Positions 56,913 to 64,000 of a DNA stretch of 64,000 nucleotides are shown here, one piece after another. The stretch covers positions 730 through 64,729 of the forward strand of contig JAEDMR010000001.1 of the NCBI GenBank assembly GCA_016302925.1, read 5' to 3'. The notes beneath the pieces were generated by a model. That model was given only the letters and a program-made list of their open reading frames with translations. It searched no databases and was not told the origin of the DNA. A program made the position numbers and the translations under genes. Within the stretch, counting starts at the first letter, position 1; the number at the start of each line of letters is the position of its first letter. The stretch comes from Bacillota bacterium. GTDB lineage: Bacteria > Bacillota > Clostridia > Peptostreptococcales > Anaerovoracaceae.

Positions 56913-57821
56913 ATGTTTGGAAGAAAAGTATCAATACGGAACGGCTTTTATATGGAAATGGACGATATTTCGACAGAGCGGAAGGGTGACCGGCTGTGTC
57001 TTTGCCAGAACGCGGAGGAAATGCATGTGAGTGAGTTTCTGCAGCTTCTGCGTGACAAGGATTCCTTCTTGCCGGTCTACCTTGACCGGAATACGCTGGC
57101 GGGAAATCCTGTCAGCCGTCTGCAAAGCCGTATCATTTTTCAGGGAAAGCAGGAAAAGATACCGAACCAGCTGAAAAAACCTGTGCGCCCGGATATACAG
57201 GGCCCGGGAACGTTCGAGAGGGAGCAGATGGAGCGGGATATCCGTGCCATTAAAGATACGCTGGAACGTGAACTTCGTGCTATTGACCGGCAGCAGGATT
57301 TTATGGACCGGTTTGCAAATGGTGGTTTTTTCACAGATGAAGAACAGATGTATATGGGAAGGATGGATGGAAATGCCTATGTGGATTCCAGAAACTTTCG
57401 GGAATATCTGAAGCAGGAGAAAATCGAAAAGGCGAATCGCGCCATTTCCCAGCGGCGCTATGCCGTTGAGCAGCAGGAGAAGCGCGCCAGAGAGGCACAG
57501 GAACGTTATGAAACGCTTGTCGCTGCTTATGAAAGGCAGGAGCGCCGCCAGAATCAGATTACGCTTATGCGCTGCGGGATGGCAGTCTATCAAAAGAACA
57601 AGCTGGTCAGTCTTTTGGTGCTGCGAGAGAAGCATCCGGTTTGGCATCTCTATGGACCTGACGGGATCAGCCTGACTGATCTGTCGGGAACAATTTACGA
57701 AGTAGAAGTTCTGGGAGAGAAAAAACCAGATGAAAAGCCGCTTCTGGAATACATGGAGGAGGCGTATGGTGAACTGCTCCCTTCCGATTTTGACTTTCGG
57801 AAAATGAGAGAGAAATTATGA
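56913..57821 (+). CDS. Hypothetical coiled-coil protein
   Basis: 302-aa ORF 8 nt after the previous stop. The central R/E/Q-rich heptad-like segment is RAISQRRYAVEQQEKRAREAQERYETLVAAYERQERRQ. I recognise no family. Confidence 0.45.
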   Translation: MFGRKVSIRNGFYMEMDDISTERKGDRLCLCQNAEEMHVSEFLQLLRDKDSFLPVYLDRNTLAGNPVSRLQSRIIFQGKQEKIPNQLKKPVRPDIQGPGTFEREQMERDIRAIKDTLERELRAIDRQQDFMDRFANGGFFTDEEQMYMGRMDGNAYVDSRNFREYLKQEKIEKANRAISQRRYAVEQQEKRAREAQERYETLVAAYERQERRQNQITLMRCGMAVYQKNKLVSLLVLREKHPVWHLYGPDGISLTDLSGTIYEVEVLGEKKPDEKPLLEYMEEAYGELLPSDFDFRKMREKL

Positions 57822-57826
57822 TATCG

Positions 57827-57893
57827 TAATTGGCGCATTAAGCATAACAAAATGCGCCATGTACGCGACGGAGGACGAGTATCATGAAGAAAA
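57827..57893 (+). repeat. Conserved structured intercistronic leader, copy B
   Basis: Core 57842-57893. Hairpin TGGCGCAT/ATGCGCCA (57831-57838 / 57852-57859). The T-to-C change in the 3' arm relative to copy A pairs with a different 5' arm. Confidence 0.7.
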
Positions 57894-58741
57894 AAAGAAT
57901 AAGTGTCTGGATGGCTATGACGTCTTTCGTTCTTGTACTGATTCTCAGCCTGACAGCCTGTGGAGGGAATAACAGCGAAACGGTATCAGACGTAAAAAGC
58001 GAAAGTAGTGAAACACAGGAACAGACAGACGCTCTCACCTTGGCAGATGGGGAGGCAAAGCTAATCTATGCGAAGGACAGTTACGCGGTCGCGGCGTTTC
58101 ATGGGCCAGACGGCGATATTGCCGCAAGTTTTTGTGATGCGGATGGCAATATAATTGGTGGTATGGTCGGATACGCTCACCCAAGTGATGGATGGACATT
58201 GATTATCTCAAAGGAATTTCCCAATGGCTACGATTACAGTGGAATTGGGGTAAGCATTACAGATTACGACGCAGAGAAGACAGAAGACGACACCTATCCA
58301 ACGCAGGATTACCGCAACATGGAGCAGATGACGGAAGAAGAAATGAAAGCCATCGGCCTGGATTTTCTTGACGGACATTGCTGCATCGTCGGAGACGGAA
58401 AGACAACCTATAATGGCAATTCGTTTGGTTTGACGTTCGGGATAAACTGGATGGATGATTACTATTTTACATCCTTCAGAGAGTTAGATGGCTTTGCTGA
58501 CCGTTTTTCCTATTTTGCAGGGGACGGAACGCCGCTTGCCGAATATTTTGAAGGATATTCCACGCTGGAGATCACCACGATGATCAATATGTTTGACGTG
58601 ATGTTGCTGCAGGACGGTGATACAGGAGACAAAGAGAAGAATGAAAAGATGTGCGATGCGCTGCGGGCATGCGAGCCATATCTGATTTATACCGGACTTG
58701 ACGGCACAGAACAGAAATTTGATTTGCTTACGGAACAGTAA
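57884..58741 (+). CDS. Hypothetical lipoprotein
   Basis: MKKKRISVWMAMTSFVLVLILSLTACGGNN (lipobox LTAC). The mature part is acidic and D/G/Y-rich. I recognise no family. Confidence 0.6.
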   Translation: MKKKRISVWMAMTSFVLVLILSLTACGGNNSETVSDVKSESSETQEQTDALTLADGEAKLIYAKDSYAVAAFHGPDGDIAASFCDADGNIIGGMVGYAHPSDGWTLIISKEFPNGYDYSGIGVSITDYDAEKTEDDTYPTQDYRNMEQMTEEEMKAIGLDFLDGHCCIVGDGKTTYNGNSFGLTFGINWMDDYYFTSFRELDGFADRFSYFAGDGTPLAEYFEGYSTLEITTMINMFDVMLLQDGDTGDKEKNEKMCDALRACEPYLIYTGLDGTEQKFDLLTEQ

Positions 58742-58861
58742 ATATTCTTGCTCCTGTCAACTTTTCTGCAACTTTCTTCCCGGAATGTTGTTTGAAATCA
58801 GGTTCTGTGGTATAGTATACAGGAGAGTTAGACACAACTAATAGAGCAGGAGATGAGATAG

Positions 58862-61210
58862 ATGACATTACGAGAACTGGAGATCGGCAGCACCGCGCGG
58901 ATTTTGGCGGTAGGCGGGGAAGGAAGCCTGCGGCAGCATTTTCTGGATATGGGCGTGATTCCCGGCGCAGAAATCAAACTGATGAAGCTGGCACCCATGG
59001 GAGATCCCATGGAGTTCAGAATCCACGGCTATGAGCTGACGCTGCGGCTTGCCGATGCCGAAAAGATCGAGATCGAAGAAATCAAAGACGTACATAGAGA
59101 ACAGACAGCAGAGAAACATGCCCGAAGCACCGAGAAATCCCACCACCCGGGCCTGGGAGAAGGCGGCATCTACCATGTGAAGACGGGCGAAAATCCCCTT
59201 CCGGCAGGACAGACCATTACCTTCGCTCTGGCAGGAAATCAGAACTGCGGCAAGACCACCCTGTTCAACCAGCTGACCGGTTCCAACCAGCATGTGGGAA
59301 ACTTCCCCGGCGTGACCGTAGACCGGAAAGACGGGGTGATCAGGGGACACGAGAACACTCTGGTGACTGACCTGCCGGGGATCTATTCCATGTCCCCCTA
59401 TACCAGTGAGGAAATTGTCACACGCCAGTTCGTGCTGGAAGAAAAGCCAAAGGGCATCATTAATATTGTCGATGCCACCAATATTGAACGAAACCTGTAC
59501 CTGACCATGCAGCTGATGGAACTGGACATTCCGATGGTGCTGGCCCTGAATATGATGGACGAAGTGCGGGAAAACGGCGGCTCCATTCACGTGAATAAAA
59601 TGGAAGAAATGCTGGGCATCCCGGTGATTCCCATTGCAGCAGCGAAAAATGAAGGGATCCAGGAGCTGATCGACCATGCGATCCACGTGGCACAGTACCA
59701 GGAAAAACCCGGCCGGGCCGACTTCTGTGATCCGGATGACCACGACGGCGCGGTGCACCGGTGCCTCCATGCCATCATGCATCTGATTGAAGACCATGCC
59801 CGCCACGAGGGCATTCCGCTCCGGTTTGCCGCCAGCAAGCTGGCGGAAGGCGACCGGCAGATGCTGGATCGTCTCAGACTGGATGACAATGAAAAGGAAA
59901 TGCTGGAGCATATCATCAAGCAGATGGAAGAAGAGCGGGGCATGGACCACGCCGCTGCCATGGCAGATATGCGGTTTGCATTCATTCAGCAGGTTTGCGA
60001 TGCCACCGTGGTCAAGCCGCGGGAGAGCAAAGAGCACGCCCGCAGCCAGAAGATCGACCGGATCCTCACCGGAAGATTCACTGCGATTCCTGCCTTCGTG
60101 GGCATTATGGGCCTGGTGTTCTGGCTTACCTTCGGCGTCATCGGCGCATGGCTTTCGGATCTGCTGGACCTGGGCATCACGGCCCTGACCAATCTGATGG
60201 ACGCCGGTCTCACCTCCTACGGCATCAACCCAGTGGTTCATTCTCTGATCATTGACGGAATTTTCAATGGGGTGGGCAGCGTCCTCAGCTTCCTGCCGAC
60301 CATCGTCACCTTGTTTTTCTTCCTGTCCATTCTGGAAGACAGCGGGTACATGGCCCGTGTGGCCTTCGTCATGGACAAACTTCTCCGCAAAATCGGACTT
60401 TCCGGACGGAGTATCGTGCCCATGCTGGTAGGCTTCGGCTGTACGGTACCGGGTGTCATGGCAAGCCGGACTCTGCCGTCGGAGCGTGACCGAAAGATGA
60501 CAATCCTTCTGACGCCGTTCATGAGCTGCTCCGCCAAGCTGCCGATTTACGGCTTCTTTTCCATGGCTTTCTTCCCGGACTGCAGTACGTTGGTGATGAT
60601 CTTACTGTATTTCACCGGAATCCTGGTGGGCATTCTGTTTGCCCTGCTGATGCGAGGTACCTTCTTCCGCGGGGAACCGGTGCCGTTTGTCATGGAACTG
60701 CCCAATTACCGGCTGCCCGGCCTGAAAAATGTGGGCCAGTTGCTGTGGGAAAAGGCCAGGGACTTCCTGCAGAGAGCCTTTACAGTCATTTTCGTGGCTA
60801 CCATTATCATCTGGTTTCTGCAGACCTTTGACAGCCGGCTCAACGTGGTGCAGGATTCCCAGGGAAGTCTGCTGGCCCTGGCTGCGGGTCTCATCAGTCC
60901 GATTTTCGCACCGCTGGGCTTCGGTGACTGGAGGATTTCCACGGCACTGATCACAGGCTTCATGGCCAAGGAAAGCGTGGTTTCCACCCTGACGGTTCTT
61001 CTGGGAGGAAGCGACCTGACAACCCTTCTGACGCCGCTGGCTGCCGCGTCTCTGCTGGTGTTCTGTCTTCTTTACACCCCTTGTGTGGCAGCGATCTCTT
61101 CCATTAAGAGAGAGCTGGGCGGCAAATGGGCAGCGGGCGTGGTGGTACTGCAGTGCGCCATTGCATGGCTGTGCGCCCTGGTCGTATATTTCCTGGGAAG
61201 TCTTCTGTAG
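58862..61210 (+). CDS. feoB: Ferrous iron transporter, FeoA-FeoB fusion
   Basis: N-terminal FeoA SH3-like domain (ARILAVGGEGSLRQHFLDMGVIPGAEIKL). FeoB G domain (ALAGNQNCGKTTLFNQLTG, DLPGIYS) and a polytopic C-terminal domain. Confidence 0.93.
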   Translation: MTLRELEIGSTARILAVGGEGSLRQHFLDMGVIPGAEIKLMKLAPMGDPMEFRIHGYELTLRLADAEKIEIEEIKDVHREQTAEKHARSTEKSHHPGLGEGGIYHVKTGENPLPAGQTITFALAGNQNCGKTTLFNQLTGSNQHVGNFPGVTVDRKDGVIRGHENTLVTDLPGIYSMSPYTSEEIVTRQFVLEEKPKGIINIVDATNIERNLYLTMQLMELDIPMVLALNMMDEVRENGGSIHVNKMEEMLGIPVIPIAAAKNEGIQELIDHAIHVAQYQEKPGRADFCDPDDHDGAVHRCLHAIMHLIEDHARHEGIPLRFAASKLAEGDRQMLDRLRLDDNEKEMLEHIIKQMEEERGMDHAAAMADMRFAFIQQVCDATVVKPRESKEHARSQKIDRILTGRFTAIPAFVGIMGLVFWLTFGVIGAWLSDLLDLGITALTNLMDAGLTSYGINPVVHSLIIDGIFNGVGSVLSFLPTIVTLFFFLSILEDSGYMARVAFVMDKLLRKIGLSGRSIVPMLVGFGCTVPGVMASRTLPSERDRKMTILLTPFMSCSAKLPIYGFFSMAFFPDCSTLVMILLYFTGILVGILFALLMRGTFFRGEPVPFVMELPNYRLPGLKNVGQLLWEKARDFLQRAFTVIFVATIIIWFLQTFDSRLNVVQDSQGSLLALAAGLISPIFAPLGFGDWRISTALITGFMAKESVVSTLTVLLGGSDLTTLLTPLAAASLLVFCLLYTPCVAAISSIKRELGGKWAAGVVVLQCAIAWLCALVVYFLGSLL

Positions 61211-61216
61211 AAACCG

Positions 61217-61245
61217 TTGCAATAAACCCGGTTTGAAGATATAAT
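61217..61245 (+). promoter_or_regulatory. Near-consensus sigma-A promoter for the M20D amidohydrolase gene
   Basis: TTGCAA (61217-61222), 17-nt spacer, TATAAT (61240-61245). Confidence 0.7.
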
Positions 61246-61303
61246 CAGAGTATACGAGTATACAGGCTTTCAGGGGAACCTGAAGCGGGAGGAGAAGTTC
61301 ATA

Positions 61304-62512
61304 ATGATGGAAGAAAAAGTAAAACAACTGATTGCAGAATATTTCGATGAAATCGTGGCGATCCGCCGGGATTTTCACCAACATCCGGAACTGTCCGAGC
61401 AGGAAGAAAGAACCATGACGAAGATCAGTGAATATCTGACTGCATGGGGCATCCCGAACGAAACCAACATCGGCGGTCACGGCGTAGTGGGCATTATTGA
61501 GGGAAAGGCCCCTGCAGGCGACAGCCGCAAGTATGAAGCGGTGGGGATCCGCGCAGATATCGATGCGCTTCCGATTCAGGAAGAAGTAGACTGCCCGTAT
61601 AAATCCGTGAACGACGGCGTGATGCATGCCTGCGGTCACGATATGCACGCTGCCATGCTGCTGGGAAGCGCAAAAATTCTGAAAACACTGGAAAACGAGT
61701 TCAGAGGTACCGTGAAACTGTTCTTCCAGCCTGCAGAAGAAACGGTAGGAGGCGCAGACCAGATGATTCAGGATGGCTGCATGGAAAACCCACAGGTGGG
61801 TGCTGTTCTTGCGTTTCACGTGGCACCGTATCTGCCGACCGGAACCATTGAATTCCGCCGGGGAAAGATGAACGCAGCAACCTGTGATCTGCAGATCGAG
61901 GTGGAAGGCGTATCCTGCCATGGCGCACATCCGGAAGGCGGCGTGGACGCCATTGTAGCAGCGTCTCAGATTGTAACTGCATTTCAGAGCATTCTCAGCC
62001 GGAATCTGGCACCGACCAACGCAGGAATCATTACGGTGGGCCAGTTCCACGCAGGCACCAAGGACAACATCGTAGCGGGAAGTGCACACCTGTCCGGCAC
62101 CATCCGTGCACTGGATCCGGATACCATGAAGACCCTGAAGCGGAGAATCACCGAAACAGCAGAAGGTATCGCTGCCGGTTATGGCGCCAAAGCCCATGTG
62201 CAGCTGACAGACGGCTATCCTTCCCTGATTAACAGTGATGAAGTCTGCGAGGAAATGGAAGCACTGGCAGAAAGGCTGCTGGGAAAAGAGATGATGCACT
62301 TCATGCCGGAGCCGAGCCTGGGAGCCGACGACTTCGCCTTCTTCACCCAGCGGTGCGACGGTCTTTATATGAATGTAGGCACTAATTCCGGCAAAGAAGA
62401 AATGCCGCAGAACATTCACAGCGAATATTATCATCCGGACGAAGATGCCATGAAGAACGGCATCCTGATGGAAGTACTGGGAACCCTGCAGCTGCTGGAA
62501 AAAGCCGAGTAA
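61304..62512 (+). CDS. M20D family amidohydrolase (N-acyl-L-amino acid amidohydrolase / hippurate hydrolase type)
   Basis: IRRDFHQHPELSEQE, RADIDALPIQE, HACGHDMH, FQPAEE. Confidence 0.88.
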   Translation: MMEEKVKQLIAEYFDEIVAIRRDFHQHPELSEQEERTMTKISEYLTAWGIPNETNIGGHGVVGIIEGKAPAGDSRKYEAVGIRADIDALPIQEEVDCPYKSVNDGVMHACGHDMHAAMLLGSAKILKTLENEFRGTVKLFFQPAEETVGGADQMIQDGCMENPQVGAVLAFHVAPYLPTGTIEFRRGKMNAATCDLQIEVEGVSCHGAHPEGGVDAIVAASQIVTAFQSILSRNLAPTNAGIITVGQFHAGTKDNIVAGSAHLSGTIRALDPDTMKTLKRRITETAEGIAAGYGAKAHVQLTDGYPSLINSDEVCEEMEALAERLLGKEMMHFMPEPSLGADDFAFFTQRCDGLYMNVGTNSGKEEMPQNIHSEYYHPDEDAMKNGILMEVLGTLQLLEKAE

Positions 62513-62570
62513 TACCTGTGAGGATCCTTTTGATCAAACACGAAAAAATAACACCTACATCGAAAAACAG

Positions 62571-62609
62571 AGCACTTACAGTGGATATGATTGCTGCAAG
62601 TGCTTTTTT
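62571..62609 (+). terminator. Rho-independent terminator after the M20D gene
   Basis: AGCACTTACAG / CTGCAAGTGCT stem (one mismatch), followed by T6. Confidence 0.75.
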
Positions 62610-62649
62610 CAATACATGGAAATCTCCTACATCGGAAATAACCAAAATA

Positions 62650-62703
62650 ACCATGGTGATTTTAGCCTTTCGCTTGCATGGGATCACCATGGTATTATAT
62701 AAT
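62650..62703 (+). promoter_or_regulatory. Candidate promoter with an 11-bp inverted repeat bracketing the -35 box
   Basis: ACCATGGTGAT (62650-62660) and ATCACCATGGT (62683-62693). TTGCAT (62674-62679), 18-nt spacer, TATAAT (62698-62703). Confidence 0.5.
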
Positions 62704-62774
62704 TATTCAATTAAGGATAATAATCTGAAGAACCGTCTATGGTGCGCACAGGGACTTATCGGAGGAGTCGTAAG

Positions 62775-64000
62775 ATGTTTCAAAAGGAGACAGTGCTGAG
62801 AAAACTGCAAAAAATCCTGTCCGGAAAGGGAAACAAACTGTTTGAGAATCAGGTTTGCTTTTATAATGCGATTTTCGGCATGACAAATCCGGAAGCATTC
62901 CAGGAGGAAATGGCTGCGTATATGCGGACAGCAGAACACAAGAAGCAGAAAGATCCAAAAATGCAGGGTATCGAGATGTTTTTCAAAAATGGACTGGATA
63001 AAAGCTCCAGCAATATCGGAAAGCATATCAATGACTGTCCGGGTATGGGCATCCCTAAATTCCACTGCATCCACTATGCACAGTCTGAGCTGAAAAGTGA
63101 GATCTGCAGGCGACTTGAGGCGGTAATCCGGTACAGTGCAATCCGCCGCAATACGAATCTTAACGATCTGTTCCTGCGGCTGAAGACAGAGCTCTCCTAC
63201 GCATCAGGAATCTTAGCCCGGGCTGAAACAGCGGACGAGATGCTGCTGGCCTCCATCCTGTACGAGATTGTGCAGACGCATTTGGAAGAAAGACGCAATC
63301 CTGAAGAATCCGGGGAGGAAATGCCGTTTGGAAAGGTCAGCATGAAGCGGCAGATCGAGGAGTATTACCTGACCTGCGACTGCTATGAATTCACCAGCAT
63401 CGATTACTTTTTTGCTCTGCGGCGCATGGCAGGACAGAATGTGATTGCCTGCAGCAATCTGGCGGGCTTCTATTATGTGGGCATGGAATTCGTGGTAAAA
63501 AATTTAGCTGGTGGACCCCATGGAAAGTATGTGGTAGAGCGCAATCTGGAGCAGGCAGCTCATTACTTCAAGCAGGCGGCATCCAGCCAACCACCTTATG
63601 CCCCAGCGCTGTATTCCTATGGACATATGCTTCTTCATGGGGATACCGGCGATCTGACCGAAAAACAGCGGATGGAGGAGTCGGAGCGTTATTTTCGGCT
63701 GGCGGCCGAGCAGAAGTTTCACCACGCGGTGAGTGGTTTAGGTGATCTGGCCCTGCTGCGGGCGGAAAAGTTGTTGAAACAACCCGGGGTAGAAAGGCGG
63801 TTCCAAGAGATTGTAGCGGAACTGGCTACCGCGATCGGTTATTTTGACCAGGCGGAGCGAATGGGTTCCTTTTGGGGGCCCATCAAAGCAGCGCAGTTTC
63901 TGGACAACCCTGTTTACGAACCGTACCGAAAGCAGGCGTTGGCCAAGGCTGGTCTGACCGGAGAGCAGACTGCTCGCACCAGGTGGAAGCGGGCGGTAGC
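62775..64000 (+). CDS. Sel1-like repeat protein (3' end cut by window edge)
   Basis: Absent from the ORF track because it runs off the edge. ATG 62775 follows GGAGGA, and hand translation is open to position 64000. NLAGFYYVGMEF...NLEQAAHYFKQAASSQPPYAPALYSYGHMLLHG and ESERYFRLAAEQKFHHAVSGLGDL are Sel1-type units. Confidence 0.65.
   Translation, partial: MFQKETVLRKLQKILSGKGNKLFENQVCFYNAIFGMTNPEAFQEEMAAYMRTAEHKKQKDPKMQGIEMFFKNGLDKSSSNIGKHINDCPGMGIPKFHCIHYAQSELKSEICRRLEAVIRYSAIRRNTNLNDLFLRLKTELSYASGILARAETADEMLLASILYEIVQTHLEERRNPEESGEEMPFGKVSMKRQIEEYYLTCDCYEFTSIDYFFALRRMAGQNVIACSNLAGFYYVGMEFVVKNLAGGPHGKYVVERNLEQAAHYFKQAASSQPPYAPALYSYGHMLLHGDTGDLTEKQRMEESERYFRLAAEQKFHHAVSGLGDLALLRAEKLLKQPGVERRFQEIVAELATAIGYFDQAERMGSFWGPIKAAQFLDNPVYEPYRKQALAKAGLTGEQTARTRWKRAV

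Noticed and set aside
58742-58861. Looked for a Fur box or terminator upstream of feoAB
   Set aside because: I saw no match to the GATAATGATAATCATTATC-type palindrome and no convincing hairpin with a T-run. Only a weak promoter candidate (TTGTTT-17-TATAGT) is present, which is too uncertain to annotate.
60602-62434. 610-aa minus-strand ORF spanning the feoB 3' end, the intergenic promoter and most of the M20D gene
   Set aside because: It is antisense to two genes with unambiguous family motifs and crosses their intergenic promoter. The translation is Cys/His/Arg/Gln-rich with no recognisable motif. It is a typical long shadow ORF on the complement of real coding sequence.
62554-62633. 9-nt direct repeat CCTACATCG (62554-62562 and 62625-62633) flanking the M20D terminator
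   Set aside because: It is short enough to occur by chance in AT-rich intergenic DNA. There is no associated inverted repeat, target-site-duplication context or mobile gene.
62518-62799. 93-aa plus-strand ORF in the M20D / Sel1 intergenic region
   Set aside because: It opens at a GTG with no RBS. It reads straight through a good Rho-independent terminator (62571-62609) and the downstream promoter-like region, and it ends inside the next gene's frame region.

Overview
This is the chromosomal replication-origin window of a spore-forming Firmicute, Clostridia-like by gene content and synteny. The core is a textbook origin neighbourhood. On the minus strand to the left sit rpmH-rnpA-yidD-yidC-jag-mnmE-mnmG-rsmG-noc-soj-spo0J, then a DHH phosphoesterase, rplI and dnaB. 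Further left are a DnaD/DnaB-like co-loader, an M23 peptidase, yabP-yabQ-divIC, rnmV-rsmA and envelope genes. A bipartite oriC flanks dnaA. The upstream part is a DnaA-box cluster. The dnaA-dnaN spacer carries two tandem boxes, a GC clamp, six DnaA-trio-like triplets and an AT-rich tract. To the right on the plus strand are dnaA-dnaN-recF-(purine nucleoside phosphorylase)-gyrB-gyrA, an orphan anti-sigma/sigma pair fused transcriptionally to trpS, housekeeping genes and rpsF-ssb-rpsR. A perfect parS palindrome is embedded in a 30-bp terminator hairpin between noc and soj, and a second near-parS lies just past spo0J. The accessory part begins at about 46.3 kb. It opens with a block transcribed head-on to replication: a MATE pump, a 308-aa protein with two HTH-like motifs, and an effector-less NB-ARC/STAND NTPase with a TPR array. 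This block is the best candidate for an undescribed signalling or defence module. Next comes a seven-gene plus-strand island: a membrane-anchored Sel1 protein, two secreted BspA-type LRR+FN3 paralogs, two cytoplasmic Sel1 proteins, a coiled-coil orphan and an orphan lipoprotein. The island contains a duplicated structured intercistronic leader. After feoAB and an M20D amidohydrolase, another Sel1-repeat gene runs off the window. I found no rRNA, tRNA, CRISPR array, transposase or integrase. All domain calls rest on motif recognition by eye and no database search was run.
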